DNA of 62,998 nucleotides, the filler included, from Circinaria calcarea (lineage: Eukaryota), in NCBI GenBank assembly GCA_051942165.1. It is 48 parts of 48 records of this genome, joined end to end, with 100 filler letters (N's around TTAATTAATTAA, not from the genome) between each part and the next. Parts side by side here need not be neighbours in the genome. Positions count along the whole stretch, not along the records: positions 11,915 to 13,135 come from JAVECS010005087.1; positions 13,236 to 14,456 come from JAVECS010005088.1; positions 14,557 to 15,777 come from JAVECS010005089.1; positions 15,878 to 17,097 come from JAVECS010005090.1; positions 17,198 to 18,417 come from JAVECS010005091.1; positions 18,518 to 19,737 come from JAVECS010005092.1; positions 19,838 to 21,056 come from JAVECS010005093.1; positions 21,157 to 22,374 come from JAVECS010005094.1; 40 more parts are not named here. One strand, written 5' to 3'. Within the stretch, counting starts at the first letter, position 1. Every line of letters begins with the position of its first letter. The notes beneath the pieces are model-generated. The model was not told where the DNA came from. It made no database searches and saw nothing but the letters and a program-made list of their open reading frames with translations. The translations under genes and the position numbers were made by a program. Shown piece by piece: positions 12,049-23,692 of the stretch.

Positions 12049-13235
12049 AATTTTAGAATAAGTCTGTCAAAAGGGGACTGCTTCTCAGTGGAGTTTATCT
12101 GGAGAGCATTCGGCAAGTAATCATGGGAGTTGTATCAAAGTATTTTTGCTTGGGGTTGTCATGGGATGTATTTAATACTTTTCAATCGAGGTGGGAAAGA
12201 GGAGGGACAGCTGGATCCGTTTACATCCTTGTAAAATAGAGAGCAACTGAGCGCCCGCTAACAACCATGTACGGTACTACGGTGGCAGGCAAAATTAAAA
12301 CCTTGGCCTCTTGGCCGGCTTGGCAAATGCTGCCTTTGTTCAGCCAGTAAAATTCCAACTGTTGTCTGTCTACCTCCACTATAGACATTATAAAAAATTT
12401 ATTAAATAAAATGTTTATGAAATGATTGGTTAGAATTCTATATTATCTAGGGGGACATTTCATACAAATTGGCTTTTACCAGTATAGAAGAATAAATCAT
12501 AAGGAAAACTGAACGAAACCCTGTGAGATTTATAGCGGCGCTCAAGGATTTTATTTTTGTTTGTTATTAGTAGTTGTATTTAGTTATTAACTTCGCCTAT
12601 GAGTAGGGGAAAGGGAAACGGAAACGGAAACTGGGGTTAGTGGTGGTTTTAGATCTCCGCGCTTGGAATACCATAGCTGGCTACCATAGATTGAGCGTTT
12701 GAGCATTACTCCGCAGAAGGTGTTATTTTTACGATGTTATATATACAAGCGGATGGTTATTTTTTAAAAAGGAAAAGAGATAAGATGGAGGTTAATAATA
12801 TTTTTTTCTATACGGTTTCGGTTTCGGTTTTTTTACCCTAGCGACATACATGCCCCCTGGGGCTTTAGTTAGGTTCGGGACTGGGGACCAGGGGTTTGGG
12901 CCAGGTTAAGGGTCAGGGTCACAGGTGAAGTAGGACCTCGATTACGTGGTTTTGAAAAAAGTCGTAGAGTAAGGATTTCTTCAATAGCGTCGTCGAGGGA
13001 GTCGGAGGAGTGGAAGGGAAGGGAAGGAAAGGATTCAGGCGGCCTGACTATCGCCGAAGGCCGGAAGGGGGATTCGAAAACCCCCGCACGGGGGGCTGCG
13101 CTGCTACTGCAGAGGTGGGGAAGGTGGAGGAATGTNNNNNNNNNNNNNNNNNNNNNNNNNNNNNNNNNNNNNNNNNNNNTTAATTAATTAANNNNNNNNN
13201 NNNNNNNNNNNNNNNNNNNNNNNNNNNNNNNNNNN

Positions 13236-13614
13236 CGAGTTTGTCTCCAGAGAACTTCATAGATCCCAAGTCTTTCCTACCTGAACGCTGGCTGGGCATC
13301 GACCCACGGTTTTCGGAGGATAAGAAGGAAGCATCTCAACCATTCTCTGTCGGTCCACGGAATTGCGTCGGACAAACGTAAAACAATCCCCTTGTTCTCT
13401 TGGCACCCTCAAAAGACTGTGGCTGACATGCTATAACAGTCTAGCGATGGCCGAAATGCGACTCATAGCCGCTAGAATATTATGGCGATTCGATTTGCGA
13501 GGTCGTCTAGATGATGAATGGATGGACCAGCCTACCTATTTATTATGGGAGAAAAAGCCATTGTTGATAGAGTTGATATCCATTAGAACAAAAACTACAG
13601 GCTTGCCGTTGTAG
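13236..13614 (+). CDS. Cytochrome P450 C-terminus (CYP65/TRI11-like); intron 13378-13439
   Basis: PERW and [10 protein letters not shown] heme motif; LAMAEMRLI after splicing. Confidence 0.92.
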
Positions 13615-14556
13615 GTTGGGTCTCGATTTTAGGCGCAATTGGCGCGCGGTGTGGGGCATGACAAGTGTGGTTAATTTCTGATTTTCCCCACGGTATTGCT
13701 CGCCTACTGGTCTGAAAGGTTATTAATTGTTAGCGAGGTTATCAATCACCTCCCGGTATAATCAATATAAATTATATAAATCTCAGGCGAAAAACAGATG
13801 CTATAGTAAGCCTGCCGCTTAGAAATTACTCCGATTTTTCTTAGAAGTTTAAAGGCGTCGTTTGGGCTTGCTGTAGTTATTGTATGGAAAAAACCGCGCT
13901 AACGATTAATATGCTTGTGGACCAGTAATAAAGGCCCCTCAAATTATGGTCGGCCTTGGATTCCGGGGGCTTTACGCCCGTTGTTGGCGGGAGCTACGGT
14001 CGGCAAGTGAAATGGAAAACTAACCACTTTTTCTGTCATGCGTGTGTTAAGGTAGTCGCCTTTGCCAGAAAAGCCGCCGCGCCGGGAATATCTGCTTGCA
14101 AAAGCATCGATCGCAAACGGAAACGAGCCCAATGTCAGCGCGGATAAGAGAAACGTGAGGGCACACGGCCGCGAATCAGATGACGAGAGGAAAATGGTAC
14201 TCATGATTCCGCAGTGTATATCCAGAATCCCAACAGACTCCGATTAGTGTAAATAAAGTGGCGCTGGCCACGATCCCAAATCTTCATCAGCAAAAACAGC
14301 GATTGAATATCCCTATGCCACACTAGACTACTTTCCGGAAGAGCTGTTAGCACTCTATCCATGATCTTTTCAAAGCTATGCATGATCACCTCTCATTCCC
14401 GGTAGTGCCAATACCTCGAACACCCACCCCCTTCGCCGAGTCCCCGCGCTCCCAGCNNNNNNNNNNNNNNNNNNNNNNNNNNNNNNNNNNNNNNNNNNNN
14501 TTAATTAATTAANNNNNNNNNNNNNNNNNNNNNNNNNNNNNNNNNNNNNNNNNNNN

Positions 14557-15210
14557 CGCGCTTCATCGTTTCCACCCATGTTCGTTGCCAACATTGGCAA
14601 TGGATGTAAGACTATCGAAGGCAAAGATACCATATTCCCGGAGCCTGGTGCGTCTGTTGAGAGGCTTGCTAAATCGCCTGACGATTACATAATGCCAAAT
14701 GGGACCTGTGCCACCGACGGATCACCTTCGGGCAGTCCTATTGAGGGAAATGCTCCCGCAGCTGCGTCGAGCGGCGGTTCTGCGGCAGCTCAGCCCAACA
14801 TAGGTGGTGTCTTCAACCAAGGCGCTACCATACAAACCTCTACTTCCACCGCCGCCCCTCCCGTCGCTACCGTTCTCGCCAGCGATATTCCGACCGCCGT
14901 CCCAACCAGCTCATCCACTGCTTCAGCTGCTCCAGCTGCTAGTGCGGATAGCTCTTCCGTATCTGCAGCGACTGTAACGAGCACGGCTTCCTGCACAACG
15001 CCAGGACAAGGCGTCTGTTCGCCCAACGGAAAGATGATTGGAATGTGCGATGCGACCAGCCACGTTGTGTTTATGGCTGTCGCCCCGGGCACGGTATGCT
15101 CCAACGGCCAGATGATTATGGCACCGGCAGCGGGCAAAAGAAGTGCCAGGTTCTCAAGGTCGCATATGAGGAGGCATCACGCTCGGGGGTTGAGAAGTGG
15201 AAGTTGGTAG
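14557..15210 (+). CDS. AA11 lytic polysaccharide monooxygenase, C-terminal part with S/T/A linker and Cys-rich X278-like module
   Basis: PMFVANIGNGCKTIEGKDTIFPEPG; terminal four-Cys module ending VAPGTVCSNG. Confidence 0.75.
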   Translation, partial: RASSFPPMFVANIGNGCKTIEGKDTIFPEPGASVERLAKSPDDYIMPNGTCATDGSPSGSPIEGNAPAAASSGGSAAAQPNIGGVFNQGATIQTSTSTAAPPVATVLASDIPTAVPTSSSTASAAPAASADSSSVSAATVTSTASCTTPGQGVCSPNGKMIGMCDATSHVVFMAVAPGTVCSNGQMIMAPAAGKRSARFSRSHMRRHHARGLRSGSW

Positions 15211-18200
15211 TTTTAGGGATTGAGTTCGCGGGTTCGAACTGCTTCTAGTAGCATAGTGACTATTGATGATCTAAGCCTGTACATATGCATGAGTGAGGCG
15301 TTGGTGGAGAGCATTAACATGCGCGCACGAGTCGTTTAGTCACTCTTTTTAGATGGAATACCAGATAGCATGCAACTTAGCATCGAGTTTCATATCCGCT
15401 TTAGGAAGTCTTCTCCCGCGGTGAATGCTATCCCCTGGGTATCTGCATCTGCCACACGTTGCTTTTGCGACCGCATTCAGTTTGATATCTTACCCACCAC
15501 TCGATAAGCCCGGTGTTCATAGCTCAATACAACAGTTGTTCACCTCCCGCAAATCGTAGCGGATCTTCGGGCTGCTGCACGATAAACCAAGATGTGTTGT
15601 AGAACTTCATCTACGGATAATACGCCTTCGCTAGATGAGGAGGTCTGGATTCGTGCAAAGACTGAGCCATCGGGGCCCCTGTGCTATTGTCAGGGGTCAG
15701 GTGGGTTCCGATTGGCTTTGGAGATGGGATATGTTTTACTGTGGTCGCAAGGATTATGGTAAGCGAAGCGCTATGGTNNNNNNNNNNNNNNNNNNNNNNN
15801 NNNNNNNNNNNNNNNNNNNNNTTAATTAATTAANNNNNNNNNNNNNNNNNNNNNNNNNNNNNNNNNNNNNNNNNNNNACGTACATACAGTCAATCTTATT
15901 CCCAATCCCCCCTTCCCCCCGTTCCCCCGTTCCTACAAACTCTGAAACCCAAAGCTGGAAAAAACTTGAAACTCGTGCCTGTACTTGGTATCTGTGAACC
16001 GTGAACCGTGAACCCGTACTTGGTATCTGTTCTGTCTGTAGTTCCGTTTAGGTTTACCGTGCCATTTACCATACCATACCATTACGTAAAAGCCCCCCCT
16101 TTTTCTCTTTTTAAACCCAGGGGGGGGGCCAAAAGAAAGGGGAAGATGGACTGGACTCGTGCTTTCAATTATAAACCCTAAACCCTCCACGAAGTTTCAC
16201 CCAAGTTACTTATCTAATCCTCTACCTCCTGTCTTCCTCTTCGTCTCTATCTCTATCTCTTTCTTTTCTTCATGTCTTCCGACTCTTCTCCTCTTTGCCC
16301 GGGAAAATCTGACCAATAATCCGGCCCCCTCCCCTTTCTCTCTCCCTTCCTCAAAGCCATCAAGGTCATGCAAATCCTTCCTTCCATCATATCAGCCATA
16401 CCTAATCCTAGTTTGGGTTTGGATTCGGGTTTAGGGTTTGGGGTTTGGGTTCGTCCATCCAATCGCACCAGCCTCTTTTGCTTGATTTTAAAAAAGTGAC
16501 TTCTTTTCCCCTCTTGGCGGGGAAATCTTACTAAATCCCCCCGGGTACCTCGTTCTGGCGTACTTTCGACTCTCTTCTTCTCGTTCCGCAAGGGGGAAGG
16601 GGAGGAGGGGGGTTCTGAGATTTAAAGGGTACAGTAGTACAGTAGTATGGTAGACTTGGTGAGGAAGCTTACTAACTAAGGAGTCGAGCGGGTCTAACGG
16701 GTCTGGTCGGGTAGGATCTATTCGAGTATGTGGGAGGGAGCGAGCGAGCGTCTCGTTTTCATTTCGCTTTTGCATTCCCTTCCACTTCCGCAAGGAAGGG
16801 TTGAAGGAGAAAAAGAAGGGGCCAAAAAAAAATCTTTCCCATCTCCTCTCTCGCCCGGTTTTTCTTATTTCATTTCATTCCCCCCTCCACCCTCCCCCTT
16901 TCAATGACAACCAACAACCGCAACCAACTCAAACTCAAAACTCCATTAACAATCTAATCTAATCTTTCACAAGTGCTTTGAATTTTGGGTTTCCGCTGCT
17001 CGCCATACATATTCCCATATTCCCCAATTACCATCACCATCACCTCTTTCACATGTCCCAGTTCTTTCTCTCCCCCTCTCACTCACATATCTAAAACNNN
17101 NNNNNNNNNNNNNNNNNNNNNNNNNNNNNNNNNNNNNNNNNTTAATTAATTAANNNNNNNNNNNNNNNNNNNNNNNNNNNNNNNNNNNNNNNNNNNNGGA
17201 GGGAAGTGAACAGGAAAAAGAAGAGGAGGAGGGGAGGAGGGAGGAAATGCAAAACAAGGTTTCTCTGGAGGATGAGTTGTGGGTAGAGGCAGGGTAGGGA
17301 AGCGAACTGTAATCGGAATAGAGTGCCATTGCCTGAAATGCTCTGCTTTGATCCTGGTTTTCGCGCTCTCTCTCTCTTTCTCTCTCACCCCATACCACGC
17401 CCCGCATCTTGACAACTAATAAAAAAAATTCACCCCGTACGCAGAGAAAACTGTCAAAAGTTCCTTTACTATTCCCCCCTCATTCTCATCCGTTCTCCCC
17501 ATTCTTCTCCTTTCAATCACCATCCTCCGTTTCCTCTTATCTCTCGCGGCAAACCACCGGTCCTCCCTTGCTTCCTTTCCTTTGTTTTCCTATCCTGAAT
17601 CACCAGCGTAATCTCCCTCCCTCGGGCTGCAATCCGAATCTGATCGAAAGTCGGGAAAGGAGGGGGGGGAGATAGAGATCCGCATACTACGCGAAAGGAT
17701 CGAGAAAGGTTTCCCGCAGCGGGGAAATGCCATTTGCTCTCCTTCCCCTTCTGCCTCCCTTCTACATATACTCGAAGGTCCTTGGAATCCTGCAACCTCC
17801 GGCCCCCCCCGCAATCATTTCACTCTTTCTTCGTCGCTGACTCTTGTGTTTCTTGAGGCTAGAGGCTAGGGGCTAGGGGTTTATTTCAGAAGCTTGGGGT
17901 GTTTCTCGAACCCCCTCCCCCCTCCCTTTCTATGTTGTGGAAGGGAGCTGAACGGATCAGTGGGTGAGCTGGGTGTGTGGGTTGAGGAGGGTGAGTGAGT
18001 GAGGGAGAAGGTGAAGGGGTTGAAAACTGAGAAATGGATAGGAGGTAAGTGACTACGGCAAGAGCTGGAAAGAACGGAAAGGGGTCGAGGAAGCGGATTC
18101 AGCTTCCAGAGGAGACCCATTTCACTAGAAGAAAAGGGGTATTCATCTCCTCGAGTTCCTTGCCCCTTTTTCCGTTTCCATTCTTTCTGTGGCTGTGGCT

Positions 18201-18518
18201 GTGGTTACCGCGTTTGTGTCTATCACGTGTGTGGAGTCATATCCGTTTCAAAGACGGCGATCAATAGACGATCGAGCCATACTCTGATTTTGGAAATCAA
18301 GAACGAAGAACGGAAGACCCAGGGCGAGAAGAAGTTGGGACTTGCCAACCCCTTTGGTCACAAACCAAACTATGACAACCCGCTCGGGCCACACCGGACT
18401 TTCGGAGTGGAGGCTAGNNNNNNNNNNNNNNNNNNNNNNNNNNNNNNNNNNNNNNNNNNNNTTAATTAATTAANNNNNNNNNNNNNNNNNNNNNNNNNNN
18501 NNNNNNNNNNNNNNNNNG

Positions 18519-18743
18519 CGCGGGTTGGCGCAGCGGGGCACGCTGGACGAGACGCCCGAGGTGGTGGCGTTTGCGGAGAGCTTGGAGCAGGCGTGCGTGG
18601 ATACGGTGGATGTGGATGGTATCATGACCAAGGACCTGGCGCTGGCGTGCGGGAAGACAGAGAGGGGGGATTATGCGACGACGACGGAGTATATGAAGGC
18701 GGTGGAGAGGCGGATGAAGGGGAATCTGAAGGAGAGGTTATGA
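18519..18743 (+). CDS. IDP1: NADP-dependent isocitrate dehydrogenase C-terminus
   Basis: RGLAQRGTLDETPEVVAFAESLEQACVDTVDVDGIMTKDLALACG. Confidence 0.93.
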   Translation, partial: RGLAQRGTLDETPEVVAFAESLEQACVDTVDVDGIMTKDLALACGKTERGDYATTTEYMKAVERRMKGNLKERL

Positions 18744-19837
18744 AAAATTGTGGTGGATGAAGAGGATGAAGGACTTGGGCTTGGTGGTTTCTTGTACATG
18801 ATTGGATTGCCTACCGATAGTTGAAATACGATGGTAGTATATATTACCTGTATACCCTTGACACGAAGAGTATCAGTTGTGATTGCCTGCCATCATCCAC
18901 CCTTCAGCCCCTCATTCTAGCAGCCCAAGTCTCCTTATCAGAAGGCCTTCTGATCAGGTAGGTGCCCTTCTGATTCAGGCAGGTGCCTCCTCGTACTTAC
19001 TTGTGTCAAACCCAACTCCTCGATGCCCCATGACGCGAAGAACTGAGACGGGATCACTTGGAAGCCAACACAGCCAAGCCAATTGCTGGGCCGGGCAAAA
19101 AGGAATTTGACCCTGAAACGGGGAGCTGGTATCAAGGATAGGACCGCTGGGTGGGTTGAGGGAACTTTACCCGAAGTATAGCTTGGGCCTAGCGAGATGA
19201 GGGTGCTGAAGGGGATTGGGGTATCCATTTCTCAGTCTCTTCTTCCTCCTCACCAGCAGCAGGTAGGCTGCCCTTTTTTCGTTTGTGGCCCTTTTATGCC
19301 TTCCTAGCCACATGTACATACACGGAGAGAAAGAGATCCATCACCCAAACCCGCACTAGATCCAGATCCAAACCGAACCGAACCGAACCGGCAAAATAAA
19401 CCTTTCCCCGTTTTCGTTTTCGGGCGGCCTCCGGCTTTCCAGTTTCCCGTTTTTCATGATGTCGGTTTTGTTTTAATGTGATGGAATCCAAAAAAAAACA
19501 TAAGGCAAGAGGGGAGGGGGGAAAGAAGTGGAAAGGGAGGAAGAGAAGGAGCGTATAGTAAGGTGGTTTGAGGGAGAGGGAGGGGAGCCGCCAGTAGCAG
19601 AGCTGGTAGGTGTTGTAGCTGGAGTCCATGGATCCCAATTGCATTAACCGGAGCTGAGGAAAAGTTACAAAGGGATTTGATGGGCAGTGGGAGGAAGGAA
19701 AGAAGGAGGAGGGGGCCCGGCATGGAAGATGTGAGGANNNNNNNNNNNNNNNNNNNNNNNNNNNNNNNNNNNNNNNNNNNNTTAATTAATTAANNNNNNN
19801 NNNNNNNNNNNNNNNNNNNNNNNNNNNNNNNNNNNNN

Positions 19838-20193
19838 AGCGGTTGAACTATCCACCGAACGCACATATGGCAGAGCCTTCTGCCATGTAATTCCATAGTG
19901 AAGTCCATACACATAGAGTGGTAGTTACCATAGCCAATACAGCCTATTCCACCCTGTATCACATCCATTGATTAACAAGATCAAATACTACGGAAAGGAC
20001 TGAGATTATATAGATCATCTGAGGTTACACGAACCTTCCCAAAAGGGGTGGACGTCGTGGACGTCGTGGACGTAGTGGACGTAGTCCCACGTCCAGTACG
20101 TCCAGTACGTCCAGTACGTCCAGTACCACCGGTACGCCTAGCCCGCGTACTGCTCAAACCTCTTGGCACAGCCCTGCGGGGTGCGCCATTACA
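19838..20193 (-). mobile_element. 3' LTR (family B) of a Gypsy chromovirus, cut by the contig end
   Basis: Minus strand reads PPT-like AGAGGGGGA, then CCTCG, then TGTAATGGCG; 19838-19928 matches 39368-39458. Confidence 0.8.
20048..20126. repeat. Opposed 9-bp arrays in the LTR: (GTGGACGTM)x4 then (ACGTCCAGT)x4
   Basis: TGGACGT and ACGTCCA are reverse complements. Confidence 0.9.
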
Positions 20194-20240
20194 CGAGGTC
20201 CCCCTCTAAGGTTTTCGTCTCGAACAACTTCCTTTCCTTC

Positions 20241-20843
20241 ATGCCTTCCACCAGGAAACAATTACAAAGGAAACGCCTGGCGGAGCGTATTGACACTTTT
20301 GGTACGAATATGGCTCCATGTTCGCATTGTCGTCGTGCCAACATCGAGAACCGTTGTAAGGTTTCCCGGGATTCTGATTACTGTGGGCCTTGCGTGGCCT
20401 CGGGCGCAAAAAACTGTGACGTGCTAGGTCCGACCGATGCTGAATGGAATCGCATCGAAGCGCAACGTCTGAAGTTGGATAAGGAGATCCAAACCGTGGA
20501 AGAGGAACGTGAGAGGGAAGAAGCTGCTTCCGAAGGTGCCCTCAAGGCCCTAGAGGCAGCTCTCAAGCGTCGGTCCGAGAGGATGTCAGAACTATCGTCC
20601 CGCCGTCGTCGTTTGCTGAAACAGCAGAAGCTTTTGCGGGAGAAGGAAGGAAAAATGATTCAACATGGATTCTCCTCCATTGAAGAACTCGAGCGTCTTG
20701 AAGAACAAGAACGCATTACCGAACTCCTCTCCTCCTCGTCGCCTGGCTTCTTCTTTTCTGGGTTTGATCCTTCTTCTCCTCTGTCCTTGGAACCTCGGGG
20801 TTCCGACGGTGAAACTCTTCAACCTTCGCCCAACAATGTTTGA
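20241..20843 (+). CDS. Antisense accessory ORF of the retrotransposon: Zn(II)2Cys6-like cluster plus coiled coil (200 aa)
   Basis: Intact ATG-to-TGA ORF; C-x2-C-x8-C-x8-C-x2-C-x7-C; E/K/R/L-rich helical region. Confidence 0.75.
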   Translation: MPSTRKQLQRKRLAERIDTFGTNMAPCSHCRRANIENRCKVSRDSDYCGPCVASGAKNCDVLGPTDAEWNRIEAQRLKLDKEIQTVEEEREREEAASEGALKALEAALKRRSERMSELSSRRRRLLKQQKLLREKEGKMIQHGFSSIEELERLEEQERITELLSSSSPGFFFSGFDPSSPLSLEPRGSDGETLQPSPNNV

Positions 20844-21056
20844 GGTGTTTGGGTGGCTCCCATGTGTTCTCGGAGGTATCACACCCTTTCCACTTTACCA
20901 AATAATGCATTGTTTTTCCAATCTTACCTGCATCTAGGATGCCTTCGACCTCGAATTCTTCTTTCGATTCGGATGCGACCTCTGGTGGGTTATCGTCTAT
21001 TGGGGTTTCTGGGTCTGCTGCTTCGAGCAAGGAAACATGAAACACTGGGTGGATTT
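20716..21056 (-). mobile_element. Ty3/Gypsy chromovirus pol 3' end (integrase tail plus chromodomain)
   Basis: IHPVFHVSLLE...FEVEGILD...YLVKWKGCDTSENTWEP. Confidence 0.95.
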
Positions 21057-21156
21057 NNNNNNNNNNNNNNNNNNNNNNNNNNNNNNNNNNNNNNNNNNNN
21101 TTAATTAATTAANNNNNNNNNNNNNNNNNNNNNNNNNNNNNNNNNNNNNNNNNNNN

Positions 21157-21965
21157 ACGGTCATCCAACGACTTTCAACGCTAGTGCAAGTTCAATCGCG
21201 TCATTCCGTATGCAAGGCTCTAAGCTGAAAGTGCGAGGCATAATTCTCGATACCATTGACGGTCTCAGCTCGGCACTTGATCCGGACTCTGAATACAAAC
21301 CCGATTCCATGTATAGCAACATGTCGCAGCCCACTAGCTCATCCCCTAATCCGTACGATTCGAAGGAGGCACTTTTTGACCACCTTTTTGAGACAATGGC
21401 TGAATTTCCTGACTCAATGCATGGCCTTCCACATGATAGATACAAGTCCACCTTCTCCAATCTTATGACACCATCTACAATCAAGCTGCTCGAGCGGTCA
21501 ACGCGCTTCAACTTCAAACATCTTCTAGTATGGCTTGATCGGAACAAGGATTTTCTCATAGGTGACCAGCCGCTGGAGGAGTATCTCACAGGCAGCACCC
21601 GCCGGCTCAAAAGCTTTCTAGATCGCGCTGAAAAGAAACTGTTCAAGCTTTCGCACGACACGAACTTTGCGTTTGACCTCTATTCGCCAGAAGTATGTAC
21701 CGCGGCGGCAGTGCGCGTAGTGGTCCAATTTGGGATCAGAATCATTACAACTGAGCTCGGATATGTTGGACGTGCACATCCAGCGGTGAGGAAGGGGGAT
21801 AGGCTTGCTTTGTTTGCCGGATGCTCGTTTCCAGTAATACTGAGACCTAGCGAGACTATCGACGGGCAATTCCAGGTTGTCGGGGATGCGTATGTTGGGG
21901 GTTGGATGGACGGAGATATATGGAGCCATTTTTCTACAAATTTACAAGATATTATTCTTGAGTAA
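21157..21965 (+). CDS. HET-6-like heterokaryon incompatibility protein, C-terminal part
   Basis: TTELGYVG...VRKGDRLALFAGCSFPVILRP...FQVVGDAYVGGWMDG. Confidence 0.82.
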
Positions 21966-22560
21966 AATATATACATTTTTTTGGATTTTACAAAAGCTTT
22001 TAAATAAAGTTATATCTAAACCGCCCCAGCGTATCCACCCCCTCTCGTGTCGGTTAGAAGGTCCCTCTATTAATTTATCGAAGACGTCCAGCACTGGAGC
22101 TTGTCCCACAATACTCAAAACCACCACACCTCAAATCCACACTAGACAAGACCTTCAAACCCCCCATATACCTACACACGCAACTCCGAAAAAACCCCCT
22201 CTCCACCTCTCTTCGCCCAAAAATCCCTAAACTGTCCTCCTATATATAGCAAAAACCGCAAGCATACTCCACCTTCCCAACCATAATGATCCCAAGCCTC
22301 CCTACCCCTCCGATTAAATCACCCTATTCACCACCCAGCAACCCCCCTTCTCTTTCTTTCTCTCTCTCATCCATNNNNNNNNNNNNNNNNNNNNNNNNNN
22401 NNNNNNNNNNNNNNNNNNTTAATTAATTAANNNNNNNNNNNNNNNNNNNNNNNNNNNNNNNNNNNNNNNNNNNNTCACTATTTCATGCTACATCCAATAT
22501 CTGGCAATCCATCACTGAGAGCTTAAAACGTAGAGGCTACCTCTTCCACAGCTCTCCTAG

Positions 22561-22773
22561 GATCGCCATACATCGACACTCAACACAGTCAATAATCTAG
22601 GAATTTTATACAAGGATCAAGGCAAGATGAAAGAAGCTGAAAAGATGCACCTGCGAGCATTAGCAGGATACGAAAAAGCCTGGGGTCTTGAGCATAAGCA
22701 GCCCTTAGACACAAGATATGATTTGGCCGCCATGTACAAGGAAAAGTCTATGTTTGAAGAAGCGGCAAAGCAC
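22561..22773 (+). pseudogene. Isolated TPR repeats of fungal NLR type
   Basis: HTSTLNTVNNLGILYKDQGKMKEAEKMHLRALAGYEKAWG; in-frame TAG at 22558; similarity lost after EEAAKH. Confidence 0.7.
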
Positions 22774-23573
22774 CGTAGGGGGTTTGGGTCCTACCCAGTT
22801 TCTGAGCCCGCCGCAGAAGTCGGTTGAGTGTTGGGCGAATCCAGGTCCCCACCCTGTCCGTCAGCATTTGAGTCGTCGCTGGTGTAACCGCCGCCGCCAG
22901 CTTCTCGCTCAGCAGGCTCAGCATCGCAAGCCTCCGAGTGATCGTCAATCAATCCTGTCGGCTCATCTATAGGGCATCAGCCTCGATTTCAGTGACACGT
23001 GAATCTAATATGCTTACCCTTGTTCTCACTTCGTCTCGAGTTGATAGTGGTGACCCCACCGCAGCAGTCCTTGATCGTATGCTCCAGGAGTTCCCCTTTG
23101 TGTTCACCGCTCAAGCCCGCTCGTTCGGACTTTCTTATCTCTCCGGCATTGAACGCCATTGTGCCATCCTTGTCGTCGCAGTGAGGCAGACAAACTCGAT
23201 TCGCTGGCTTCGGCTCACTGCCGGTGTTTGGCTTCGCACTCAGCCCCTCGGTGCCAGATCATCAGATCACTGCCGAGGTGCCATCCATGTCGACGCAGGC
23301 AGACACGTGGAAAGCCCGAGCGATTATGATAAGATATTTTCTCCATTGGTCGTGGGGCAGGCGTCCTCTAGTTCCGTCGTCGCTTCGCCGCGGGATCCGT
23401 ACCGCAAGCTGAAGCTCTCCACCAGTATCGTAGTAAAGACGAGGGTTAATTAAGAAATAATTAATAGATAATCGGCGAAAGGAAGTGAAGGTATAATAAT
23501 TTAGAACAGCAGAATCGAGCGCGTAGAGGCCTTTAATTTATTTTAAAAAAGAATTATCTCCGTACGAGCTGAG

Positions 23574-23692
23574 TGTAAGGGCGCTGCAATCCTTGAGGCC
23601 TAATGAGGAATATGTTAAGTCTCGATTGGTAATAGCACGGTTACATAGGGTGTAGTTAAACTGTTGCCCTAGGCTCAATAGTATGGAGTCTA
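23574..23692 (-). mobile_element. LTR family A, 3' part
   Basis: TGTAAGGGCGCTGCAATCC... is the reverse complement of the 9270-9409 copy. Confidence 0.85.

Noticed and set aside
15878..18417. Many short ORFs in purine/pyrimidine-skewed contigs (also 34311-36834 and 58600-60389)
   Set aside because: Low-complexity intergenic or UTR sequence with no recognisable motifs
23569..23573. CTGAG flank shared with 33956-33960 as one TSD
   Set aside because: In LTR orientation the flanks read CTCAG and CTGAG, which do not match
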